Shown one piece after another: positions 1 through 7,857 of a stretch of 46,519 nucleotides of DNA. The DNA comes from Pseudomonadota bacterium (GTDB lineage Bacteria; Pseudomonadota; Gammaproteobacteria; Burkholderiales; Casimicrobiaceae), in contig JAJXTF010000001.1 of NCBI GenBank assembly GCA_021784125.1, forward strand, positions 1 through 46,519, read 5' to 3'. The first letter of the stretch is position 1. Every line of letters begins with the position of its first letter. The notes below the pieces were generated by a model. That model searched no databases, had not been told where the DNA came from, and saw only the letters and a list, made by a program, of their open reading frames with translations. The position numbers and the translations under genes are program-made.

Positions 1-2
1 AT

Positions 3-536
3 CTCTACGGCGAGCGCGCGGCCAGCGTGCTCGAGTTCGCCGACGACGCGTTCGTGATCTCCAGCTTCTCCAAGTATTTCAACATGACCGGGTGGCGGCT
101 CGGCTGGATCGTCGCGCCGGAACGCTACGTGCGCGACCTCGAGAAGCTTGCGCAGAACCTCTACATTTCGCCTCCGACACTGTCGCAGCGCGCGGCGCTC
201 GCCTGCTTCGAACCGGCGACGATGGAAGTGGTCGAACAGCGGCGGCGGGCATTCGAGGCGCGCCGCGACTACCTCGTGCCCGCACTGCGCCAGCTTGGAT
301 TCGACGTTCCGGTGCTGCCCACCGGGGGTTTTTTCGTCTATGCGGACTGCTCGCGCTTTTCCGCCGACAGCGAGGCGTTCTGTCGCGACGTCCTGCAGGC
401 GGCGGGCGTCGCGTTGACCCCGGGCATCGATTTCGGCGTTCACCGCGCGCAGCAGCACGTCCGCCTCGCGTACACGATCGACGAGCGCAAGCTCGAGGAC
501 GGCGTTGCGCGCCTTGCGCGCTACCTCGCGCGCTGA
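3..536 (+). CDS. PLP-dependent aminotransferase class I/II, 5'-truncated by the window edge
   Basis: The frame is open from base 3. It has the PLP-lysine motif SSFSKYFNMTGWRLGW and typical C-terminal motifs (GGFF, PGIDFG, VRLAY). Confidence 0.9.
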   Translation, partial: LYGERAASVLEFADDAFVISSFSKYFNMTGWRLGWIVAPERYVRDLEKLAQNLYISPPTLSQRAALACFEPATMEVVEQRRRAFEARRDYLVPALRQLGFDVPVLPTGGFFVYADCSRFSADSEAFCRDVLQAAGVALTPGIDFGVHRAQQHVRLAYTIDERKLEDGVARLARYLAR

Positions 537-1740
537 CCCGGCGGTCCGCCCGGACCGGGCCGGCGATGCAGGCGGTCATGCCGCAGGGCATCGCCCCCGT
601 CGCCTGCTGCGCGCCGTCGTCCTCGGCGTCGCGGGCGCGGCGCTGCTGACCGCCTGCGCGAACCTGGATACGGTCGATTACTACTGGCAGGGTGCGGCCG
701 GGCAGTTCGACCTGCTGGCCCGCAGCGAGCCGATCCCAGAGGCGATCGGCCGGGGCGATGCCATGCTCGCGGCGCGGCTGGCGCAGGTGCAGGCGATACG
801 AAGCTTCGCCAGCCGGAACCTGGGACTCCCGGACAACGGCAGCTACACCCGCTATGCCGACGTCGGTCGTCCGTTCGTCACGTGGAACGTGTTCGCCACG
901 CCCGGGCTGTCGCTCGAGCCTCGCCGCTGGTGCTTCCCGATCGCCGGCTGCGTCGACTACCGGGGGTATTTCGACGAGGCCGCGGCAAGGCGCGAGGCGA
1001 CCCGGCTTCGGGCCGGAGGCGACGATGTCTACGTCGGCGGGGTGCCCGCGTACTCGACGCTGGGCTGGTTCGACGACCCGGTGCTGTCGACCTTCATCCG
1101 CTGGCCCGAGACCGAGGTCGCGCGCCTGGTCTTCCACGAACTCGCGCACCAGTTGCTGTACGTGAAGGATGATACGGTGTTCAACGAGTCGTTCGCGACG
1201 ACGGTCGAGGAGGTGGGCCTCGAGCGTTGGCTCGCCGCCCAGAAGGACCCGGCCCTGACCGCGCAGGCGGCGCGCGCCGACCGGCTGCGGGCGGTCTTCA
1301 GGGACCTGGTGCGCAGGACCCGGGCGAAGCTCGCGCAGCTGTATGCGAGCAACCTGGACGATGCCGCCAAGCTGCGCGCCAAGAGGGAGGCCTTTGCCGA
1401 AATGAAGGCGGCCTATGAAGCGGCCAAGGCGGGTGCGCCCGGTCTTGCCGGCTACGACCGCTGGTTCGCGAACTCGCCCAACAACGCGAGCCTCGCCGCG
1501 GTCGGCATCTACACCGACCGGATCCCGGCGTTCAGGGAACTGCTGCGCGAGGCGGGCTCCGACCTGCCCCGGTTCTACGCCCGGGTCCGGAGCATTGCCG
1601 CGATGGCGAGACCGGATCGCGACCGGATCCTCGACGCCGCCGCCGCGCAGGGCCGGGCCTACGCCCTGGCCGAAGGCGCCGGGGCAGGCGCAGTGGCGGG
1701 CGCCGGGGCGGTGCCTGCCCGGATTCGCCGATCGCAGTAG
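505..1740 (+). CDS. Putative Zn-dependent aminopeptidase lipoprotein (DUF2265-like); start uncertain
   Basis: HELAH zinc motif with downstream FNESFAT; motifs WCFPIAGCVDYRGYF and AYSTLGWFDDP; lipobox-like LLTAC after a hydrophobic stretch. Confidence 0.8.
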   Translation: MRALRATSRADPAVRPDRAGDAGGHAAGHRPRRLLRAVVLGVAGAALLTACANLDTVDYYWQGAAGQFDLLARSEPIPEAIGRGDAMLAARLAQVQAIRSFASRNLGLPDNGSYTRYADVGRPFVTWNVFATPGLSLEPRRWCFPIAGCVDYRGYFDEAAARREATRLRAGGDDVYVGGVPAYSTLGWFDDPVLSTFIRWPETEVARLVFHELAHQLLYVKDDTVFNESFATTVEEVGLERWLAAQKDPALTAQAARADRLRAVFRDLVRRTRAKLAQLYASNLDDAAKLRAKREAFAEMKAAYEAAKAGAPGLAGYDRWFANSPNNASLAAVGIYTDRIPAFRELLREAGSDLPRFYARVRSIAAMARPDRDRILDAAAAQGRAYALAEGAGAGAVAGAGAVPARIRRSQ

Positions 1741-1744
1741 CCGT

Positions 1745-1774
1745 TTGATCCGCAACGCAATTTGCTGCTATAAT
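1745..1774 (+). promoter_or_regulatory. Sigma70 promoter of the rpsF operon
   Basis: TTGATC (1745-1750), 18-bp spacer, then an extended -10 TGc-TATAAT (1766-1774). Confidence 0.7.
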
Positions 1775-1780
1775 TTCCGG

Positions 1781-1924
1781 CTTCCTTGCCTCACTCCGCC
1801 GCGGGGTCCGACATCGCGATGTCCGATGTCGAATGCAGCACGGGACCGCAGTACCGCACATGGGGGAGGCCGTGCAGCCCGCACCGGGATGTCCCGGGAG
1901 CGGGCTTTCATTGACCGAAAGGAG
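1781..1924 (+). promoter_or_regulatory. Probable S6:S18 autoregulatory leader RNA
   Basis: The 5' CTTCCTT can pair with the SD-containing AAGGAG at 1919-1924, which is preceded by CCG. It lies directly upstream of rpsF, as for the known S6:S18 motif. Confidence 0.55.
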
Positions 1925-1934
1925 TGCTGTACCG

Positions 1935-2375
1935 ATGCGTCACTATGAAATCGTGTTCATCGTGCACCCCGATCAGAGCGAGCAGGTGCCCGCGATGATC
2001 GAGCGCTATCGCACGATGGTGACCGGCCCCGGTGGCCGGATCCACCGCCTGGAGGACTGGGGACGGCGCCAGCTCGCCTACCCGATCCAGAAGGTCCACA
2101 AGGCCCACTACGTCCTGATGAACATCGAATGCGGGCGCGAGACCCTGACGGAGCTCGAGCATGCGTTCAAGTTCAACGACGCCGTGCTGCGTCACCTGAT
2201 CGTGGCGATGACCGAAGCCGTCCTCGCGCCCTCGCCGATGATGAAGGAAGAGAAGGCGAAGTCGCTGACCGGCCGGGACGGCGAGCGCAGCGACCGGCCC
2301 GAGCGTGCGGAGAAGCCCGCCGCCGCTCCCGCCGCCGCGGACGTGCCGCAGGCCGCGCCCTCAGCACCGGCCTGA
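1935..2375 (+). CDS. rpsF: 30S ribosomal protein S6
   Basis: [21 protein letters not shown]...[12 protein letters not shown]; SD AAGGAG upstream of ATG 1935. Confidence 0.98.
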   Translation: MRHYEIVFIVHPDQSEQVPAMIERYRTMVTGPGGRIHRLEDWGRRQLAYPIQKVHKAHYVLMNIECGRETLTELEHAFKFNDAVLRHLIVAMTEAVLAPSPMMKEEKAKSLTGRDGERSDRPERAEKPAAAPAAADVPQAAPSAPA

Positions 2376-2390
2376 TCGCGACCTCGCGAC

Positions 2391-2696
2391 GTGCCGGGCG
2401 CCAACCGGTTGACGCTGGATGCAACGGTGGTCGATCGCGGCGACTTGCGCCGCACGCCCGCCGGAATCCCCGCGGTCGAGCTGACGCTTTCGCACCGGTC
2501 GAGACAGGCCGAGGCGGACGGGCAACGCGACGTGGAGTGCGAGATGCACGCCGTTGCGTTCGGCGAGATCGCCCGGGCGCTGGCCGGAGTGGGCCCGGGC
2601 ACCGCACTGCGCTGCGAAGGCTTCATCGCGCGGCGCTACCGAACCGGAACGAGCGTTGCGCTGCACCTGACACGATTCGAGAAGACAGCAAATTGA
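2391..2696 (+). CDS. priB: Primosomal replication protein N (PriB)
   Basis: NRLTL...LRRTPAGIP...H.S.Q.EA...R.VE motif; canonical position between rpsF and rpsR. Confidence 0.93.
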   Translation: MPGANRLTLDATVVDRGDLRRTPAGIPAVELTLSHRSRQAEADGQRDVECEMHAVAFGEIARALAGVGPGTALRCEGFIARRYRTGTSVALHLTRFEKTAN

Positions 2697-2711
2697 GAAA
2701 AGGACACTGAC

Positions 2712-2999
2712 ATGCCACGCCCCATCGGACGAGGTAAAGGCAAGTTCAAGAAGGACGGCAAGCGCCGCGAGCGCGGCAACAACCTGTTCAAGCGCAAGAA
2801 GTTCTGCCGCTTCACCGCCGAGAAGGTCAAGCAGATCGATTACAAGGACATCGATGTGCTGAAGGACTTCGTGCAGGAGAACGGCAAGATCATGCCGGCG
2901 CGGATCACCGGCACCAAGGCGCGCTACCAGCGGCAGCTCGGCACGGCGATCAAGCGCGCGCGTTTCCTCGCGCTCCTGTCGTACACCGACCTGCACTGA
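2712..2999 (+). CDS. rpsR: 30S ribosomal protein S18
   Basis: KKFCRF...IDYKD...[11 protein letters not shown]...[15 protein letters not shown]. Confidence 0.98.
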   Translation: MPRPIGRGKGKFKKDGKRRERGNNLFKRKKFCRFTAEKVKQIDYKDIDVLKDFVQENGKIMPARITGTKARYQRQLGTAIKRARFLALLSYTDLH

Positions 3000-3013
3000 C
3001 GGAGCATCGGGCC

Positions 3014-3469
3014 ATGCAAATCATTCTGCTCGAGAAGATCGCGAACGTCGGCAACCTGGGCGATGTCGTCAAGGTGAAGGACGGTTACGCACGCAATTTC
3101 CTGATCCCGCAAGGCAAGGCCAAGCGGGCGACCCCGGACAACATGAAGGCGATCGAGGCGCGTCGCGCCGAGCTCGAGAAGGCGGCCGCCGACAAGCTCG
3201 CGGGCGCGCAGGCACTCGCCGGGAAGATCGAGGGCAGCGTGCTGCGGATCACCCAGAAGGCAGGCGTCGATGGCCGCCTGTTCGGTTCGGTGACCAATGC
3301 CGATATCGTCGAGGCGCTGAAGGTCCAGGGCGTCGACGTCGAGAAGGCGATGGTGCGCATGCCGTCGGGTCCGCTGAAGCAGGTCGGCGACCATCCGGTG
3401 TCGGTCGCGCTGCACACCGACGTCGCCGCGAACATCACGGTGACGGTCGTCGGCGACACGACGACCTGA
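3014..3469 (+). CDS. rplI: 50S ribosomal protein L9
   Basis: [36 protein letters not shown]; GRLFGSVT. Confidence 0.98.
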   Translation: MQIILLEKIANVGNLGDVVKVKDGYARNFLIPQGKAKRATPDNMKAIEARRAELEKAAADKLAGAQALAGKIEGSVLRITQKAGVDGRLFGSVTNADIVEALKVQGVDVEKAMVRMPSGPLKQVGDHPVSVALHTDVAANITVTVVGDTTT

Positions 3470-3494
3470 TCCGGTCTTTGCGAGGGGCGCTGCG

Positions 3495-3519
3495 AAAGGG
3501 GCCGGCAACGGCCCCTTTT
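3495..3519 (+). terminator. Intrinsic terminator after rplI
   Basis: AAAGGGGCCG-GCAA-CGGCCCCTTTT: perfect stem, GNRA loop and U tract. Confidence 0.85.
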
Positions 3520-3561
3520 GCATGATGGGCAGCGCGCGCGGCCGCGGGTAAAATCCTCCTT

Positions 3562-6500
3562 TTGCAGCAGAAAGTCCGCGTGCCCGACGATCTCCCGGTA
3601 GACCAGCTGAAACGCCCTCCGCATTCGCTCGAAGCGGAGCAGTCGGTGCTGGGCGGGCTCATGCTCGACAACGAGGCTGCCGACAGGGTGGGCGACGTCG
3701 TCGGCGCCGAGGACTTCTACAGCGACGCGCACCGCGTCATCTTCCGCCACATCACGCAGCTGATCGGCGAAGGCAAGCCTGCCGACGTCGTCACCGTGTC
3801 CGAGGCGCTCGCGTCGACGCAGAAGCTCGACTACGTCGGCGGTCTCGCGTACCTGGGCGCGCTGGCCCAGAACGTCCCCACCGCGGCGAACATCCGCCAT
3901 TACGCGAACATCGTCCGCGAGCGCTCGATCCTGCGCCAGCTCGCGGGAATCGCCGGCGAGATCGCGGAATCCGCCTTCAATCCCCTCGGCCGCAACGCCA
4001 AGACCGTGCTCGACCAGGCCGAGGCCAAGGTCCTGCACATCGCCGAGCAGGGCGCGCGCGGCGCGCAGAACTTCCAGGAGATCGGTACGCTGCTCGCGAG
4101 CGTCGTCGAGCGGATCGAGACTCTCTACAACCGCGACGATCCCTCGGACGTCACCGGCGTGCCGACCGGGTTCTCCGATCTCGACAAGATGACCTCGGGC
4201 TTCCAGCCGGGCGACCTGGTCGTCGTCGCCGGAAGACCGAGCATGGGAAAGGCGCAGCCTCTCGACGCCCGCGTCCGGGCGCTCGACGGATGGAAAGCGA
4301 TCGGCGACCTGCGGGTCGGCGATGCCTTGGCGTCGGTCGACGGCGCGCCGTCTTTCGTCAGCGGCGTCTACCCTCAGGGCCTGCGCCAGGTCTATCGGCT
4401 GCGCTTTTCGGACGGCCGCTCATGCGAATGCTGTGCCGAGCACCTGTGGCGTGTCCACTACAGGGATTGGCCGGAACCTCGCGTGCTGCGCACGGACCGC
4501 ATCGCGACGATGCTGGCGCGCAAGCGCTACCGCGATCGCCTGTGGATCGACATGCCCGACGGCGAATTCGGTGCGCCGGCGGAGCTGCCTGTCGATCCAT
4601 GGGTGCTGGGAGCGCTGCTGGGCGATGGCAATCTGACCCAGTCGACCGTGAGGTTCTCCACGGTCGTCGACGCCATGCGCAGGCGACTGGCCGAGCGCAT
4701 CGATGCCTCCCTCGAGCTCGCCCATGCGGGCGGCGTCGACTGGCGGATCGTCCAGCGCAACCGCGGGCACCAGAAGGGTGTCGCCGGCATGACGTCGAAT
4801 GGACTGACGCAGGCAATCAAGTCTCTCGGGCTATGGGGTTTGCACAGCCACGAGAAATTCGTTCCGCGACCCTTCCTCGATGCATCGCGCGCGCAGCGGC
4901 TCGACCTGCTGCGAGGACTGCTCGACACCGACGGTTGGGTCGAGCGCTGGGGCACGATCCGCTACTCGACCGCCAGTCCGCGCCTTGCCCGTGATGTGGC
5001 CGAGCTGGTGCGTTCGCTCGGCGGCTGGTGCAGCGTCAAGCGCAAACGTGCGCGATTCACCCGCGGCGGTGAACGCAGGGAAGGGCGCGAGGCTTTCGTC
5101 GCGACGATTCATCATCCCGACCCGAAATCGCTGGTGCTGCTTTCCGAGAAGAAGACGCGGGCACTGGAGACGCCGGTGCGTCGCAAGCGGCCGACATTCG
5201 CGTCGATCGAGCCGACGCGCGTCGCGCAGACGCAATGCATTTCGGTCACCCATCCGAGCCGGCTCTACCTGACCGACGACTACGTCGTCACGCACAACAC
5301 CGCCCTGGCATTGAACATCGGCGAGAACGTCGCGCTGACCACCGGCATGCCGGTCGCGGTGTTCTCGATGGAAATGGGTGCGTCCCAGCTCGCGATGCGG
5401 CTGATCGGCTCGGTCGGCAGGCTCGACCAGCACAAGCTGCGCACCGGACGCCTCGCCCCCGAGGACTGGGACAAGCTGTCCGCGGCCCTCGGGCGCCTCA
5501 ACGAGGCGCCGATCCTGATCGACGAGACTCCCGCACTGAACGCGATCGAGGTCCGCTCGCGCGCAAGGCGGCTGGCGAAGCAGTACGGCAAGCTCGGGCT
5601 GGTCATCGTCGACTACCTGCAGCTGATGCAGGCGTCGACGCAGGGCGAGAATCGGGCGACCGAGATCTCCGAGATTTCGCGGGCGATGAAGTCGCTGGCG
5701 AAGGAGCTCCAGGTCCCGGTCGTCGCGCTGTCGCAGCTCAATCGCTCGCTCGAGCAGCGGCCGAACAAGCGGCCGGTGATGTCGGATCTTCGTGAATGCG
5801 TGACCGGGGACACACTGGTGAGCCTCGTCGACGGGCGGCGCATTCCGATCCGCGATCTTGTGGGAACGACCCCGGATGTCGTCGCCGTCGGCGCCGACCA
5901 GCGCCTGATGGCGGCGAAGTCGGACCTCGTATGGTCGAAGGGGGTCAAGCCGGTCTTCAAGCTTTCGCTGGCAAGCGGACGGACGATCCGCGCGACCGCC
6001 GAGCACCGGCTGTTCGCCCATGACGGATGGCGCAGGCTTTCGGGGTTCTCGGTTGGCGACCGCCTGGCGATCGCGCGCTGCCTTCCGGAACCGGCGTTGC
6101 CGGTCGAATGGCCCGACCACGCGGTCGCCCTCCTTGGACACCTGGTCGGCGATGGCAGCTACCTGACACACCAGCCCCTGCGCTACTGCACGGCTTCCGA
6201 CGAGAACAGCGCGCTGGTGCGGGACGCGGCGATCGCGATGGGCAGCACGGTGACGAGATATGCCGGCCGCGGCGCATGGCACCAGCTGCTGATCGCGGGC
6301 AACGGCGATCGCTGGCATCCGGCAGGCGTCGGCGCATGGCTCAAGTCGCTGGGCATCTTCGGGCAGCGATCGCACGAGAAGCGGCTCCCCCCGGAGGTCT
6401 TCCGGCTGCCGCGTCGGCAGGTCGGGCTCCTGCTGCAGCATCTGTGGGCGACCGACGGTTGCATTGCGTTGCGTCGACCGGGCACGAAGGGTGCTGCGCG

Positions 6501-7257
6501 CGTGTATTTCAGCACCTGCAGCCCCGTGCTTGCCCGCGACGTGATGGCGCTGCTCCTGCGTCTGGGGATCGTCGCGCGGCTGCGCAAGACGCTGCAAGCG
6601 GGTTCGAGGCCGGTCTACGGCGTCGACGTCAGCGGCGCGGACGACCAGCGCCGGTTCCTCGACGAAGTGGGTGCCTTCGGTCCACGTATTGGGCCGGCGG
6701 CGCGACTGCGCGAGCAGCTGCGATGCACCGTCGCAAATACGAATGCGGACACGCTGCCGCAGCAGGTCTTTGCGAACGTCCGGTCGTCGATGAGCCGGCG
6801 CGGCGTCACCGGGCGGGCCATGGCCGCGGCGCGCGGAACGTCCTACGGTGGAACCTCGCACTTCCGCTTCGCACCCAGCCGGGACACGCTGCAGTCGTAC
6901 GCCACGCTGCTCGACGACCAGGTGCTGGCGCGCTGGGCGCAATCCGATCTCTACTGGGATCGGGTCGTAGCGATCGAGCCTGCCGGCGAAGAGGAAGTCT
7001 TCGACCTCACCGTGCCCGGCCCCGCATGCTGGCTGGCCGACGGGATCGTCAGCCACAATTCGGGTGCGATCGAACAGGATGCCGACGTCATCGTGTTCAT
7101 CTATCGCGACGAGGTCTACAACCCCGAGACGCAGGACAAGGGCGTCGCCGAGATCATCATCGGCAAGCAGCGCAATGGTCCGATCGGCACCGTGCGCCTG
7201 ACCTTCCTCGGCGAGTACACCCGGTTCGAGAACTTCGCGGCGCCGGGAAGCTACTGA
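3562..7257 (+). CDS. dnaB: Replicative DNA helicase DnaB precursor with two inteins (about 455-461 aa after splicing; true start may be GTG 3580)
   Basis: PPHSLEAEQSVLG, Walker A AGRPSMGK|T, FSMEM, IVDYLQLM, LSQLNR, SDLRE|SGAIEQDAD, KQRNGP. Removing the 349-aa and 421-aa inserts restores a normal-length DnaB. Confidence 0.98.
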   Translation: MQQKVRVPDDLPVDQLKRPPHSLEAEQSVLGGLMLDNEAADRVGDVVGAEDFYSDAHRVIFRHITQLIGEGKPADVVTVSEALASTQKLDYVGGLAYLGALAQNVPTAANIRHYANIVRERSILRQLAGIAGEIAESAFNPLGRNAKTVLDQAEAKVLHIAEQGARGAQNFQEIGTLLASVVERIETLYNRDDPSDVTGVPTGFSDLDKMTSGFQPGDLVVVAGRPSMGKAQPLDARVRALDGWKAIGDLRVGDALASVDGAPSFVSGVYPQGLRQVYRLRFSDGRSCECCAEHLWRVHYRDWPEPRVLRTDRIATMLARKRYRDRLWIDMPDGEFGAPAELPVDPWVLGALLGDGNLTQSTVRFSTVVDAMRRRLAERIDASLELAHAGGVDWRIVQRNRGHQKGVAGMTSNGLTQAIKSLGLWGLHSHEKFVPRPFLDASRAQRLDLLRGLLDTDGWVERWGTIRYSTASPRLARDVAELVRSLGGWCSVKRKRARFTRGGERREGREAFVATIHHPDPKSLVLLSEKKTRALETPVRRKRPTFASIEPTRVAQTQCISVTHPSRLYLTDDYVVTHNTALALNIGENVALTTGMPVAVFSMEMGASQLAMRLIGSVGRLDQHKLRTGRLAPEDWDKLSAALGRLNEAPILIDETPALNAIEVRSRARRLAKQYGKLGLVIVDYLQLMQASTQGENRATEISEISRAMKSLAKELQVPVVALSQLNRSLEQRPNKRPVMSDLRECVTGDTLVSLVDGRRIPIRDLVGTTPDVVAVGADQRLMAAKSDLVWSKGVKPVFKLSLASGRTIRATAEHRLFAHDGWRRLSGFSVGDRLAIARCLPEPALPVEWPDHAVALLGHLVGDGSYLTHQPLRYCTASDENSALVRDAAIAMGSTVTRYAGRGAWHQLLIAGNGDRWHPAGVGAWLKSLGIFGQRSHEKRLPPEVFRLPRRQVGLLLQHLWATDGCIALRRPGTKGAARVYFSTCSPVLARDVMALLLRLGIVARLRKTLQAGSRPVYGVDVSGADDQRRFLDEVGAFGPRIGPAARLREQLRCTVANTNADTLPQQVFANVRSSMSRRGVTGRAMAAARGTSYGGTSHFRFAPSRDTLQSYATLLDDQVLARWAQSDLYWDRVVAIEPAGEEEVFDLTVPGPACWLADGIVSHNSGAIEQDADVIVFIYRDEVYNPETQDKGVAEIIIGKQRNGPIGTVRLTFLGEYTRFENFAAPGSY
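4252..5298 (+). mobile_element. Intein 1 (349 aa): class 3 (Ala1, W-C-T triad) with LAGLIDADG homing endonuclease, inserted in the P-loop (GK|T)
   Basis: Starts AQPLDA; block B CAEHLW; endonuclease motifs LGALLGDG and LRGLLDTDG; block F TQCISV; ends VVTHN followed by Thr. Confidence 0.95.
5797..7059 (+). mobile_element. Intein 2 (421 aa): class 1 (Cys1...His-Asn|Ser) with LAGLIDADG homing endonuclease
   Basis: Starts CVTGDT; block B TAEH; LGHLVGDG and LQHLWATDG; ends VFDLTVPG...IVSHN followed by Ser. Confidence 0.95.
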
Positions 7258-7335
7258 TCGGGTCCGCGCAGGCCGGCGGCCACCGCGGGTCGCGGCGCCA
7301 TCCGACGGCAGCGGGGCGCGACGCTTCCCCGGGGG

Positions 7336-7767
7336 TCAATCGCGCAGGCGGTTCGCGATGTTGAGCCAGATGAAGCTCAGCGGGTCCGAACCCCAGTACA
7401 CGTAGCCATCGTAGAACGCACCGTGGCGGATGTTGCCGCCCGGAACCTCCGGGTTGCCGCGGTTCAGCGCGGCGGCGAAGCGCTGCTCGACGGTGTGCGG
7501 GGGAAGTGCGGGTGCGTCCCGCTCGCGACGCCCTTCGACGTCGATCCGGAACACCGGAGAGCGCGCCTCGAGTTCCTTCTCGGGCGCACGGTCTTTCCGC
7601 AGCGGCGTCCCGTCATGCGCAGACGGGCTGCCCTTGATCACGGGCGGGTCGATGGTCCAGTGCGGGGCCGCCTGCGCAGCCGCGGGGAAGAGCGTCGCGA
7701 CGGCGGCGATCGCGGCGCGTGCGACGATCCCGGGCCCGTCATGGCCCCCGATGCGGCGGCAAGCCAT
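7336..7767 (-). CDS. Hypothetical exported protein (about 143 aa)
   Basis: Fills the gap between dnaB and phoH. Signal-peptide-like segment RAAIAAVATLFPAAAQA; aromatic C-terminus; promoter-like TTGCGC-N16-TACACT just upstream of ATG 7767. Confidence 0.6.
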   Translation of the reverse strand: MACRRIGGHDGPGIVARAAIAAVATLFPAAAQAAPHWTIDPPVIKGSPSAHDGTPLRKDRAPEKELEARSPVFRIDVEGRRERDAPALPPHTVEQRFAAALNRGNPEVPGGNIRHGAFYDGYVYWGSDPLSFIWLNIANRLRD

Positions 7768-7857
7768 GGCGGAAAGTGTACGCGCCCGTGACCCGGGCGC
7801 AACGCCGCGCAACGGGCCGGCGATCAGCGTCGGCTGCAGCACCCCGCCGGCGATCGG

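Noticed and set aside
4831-7056. Long antisense and alternate-frame ORFs (e.g. 4831-7056, 79-1755, 35176-37554, 40028-42382)
   Set aside because: They are shadow ORFs of well-supported genes, caused by GC-rich codon bias, and have no recognisable motifs.
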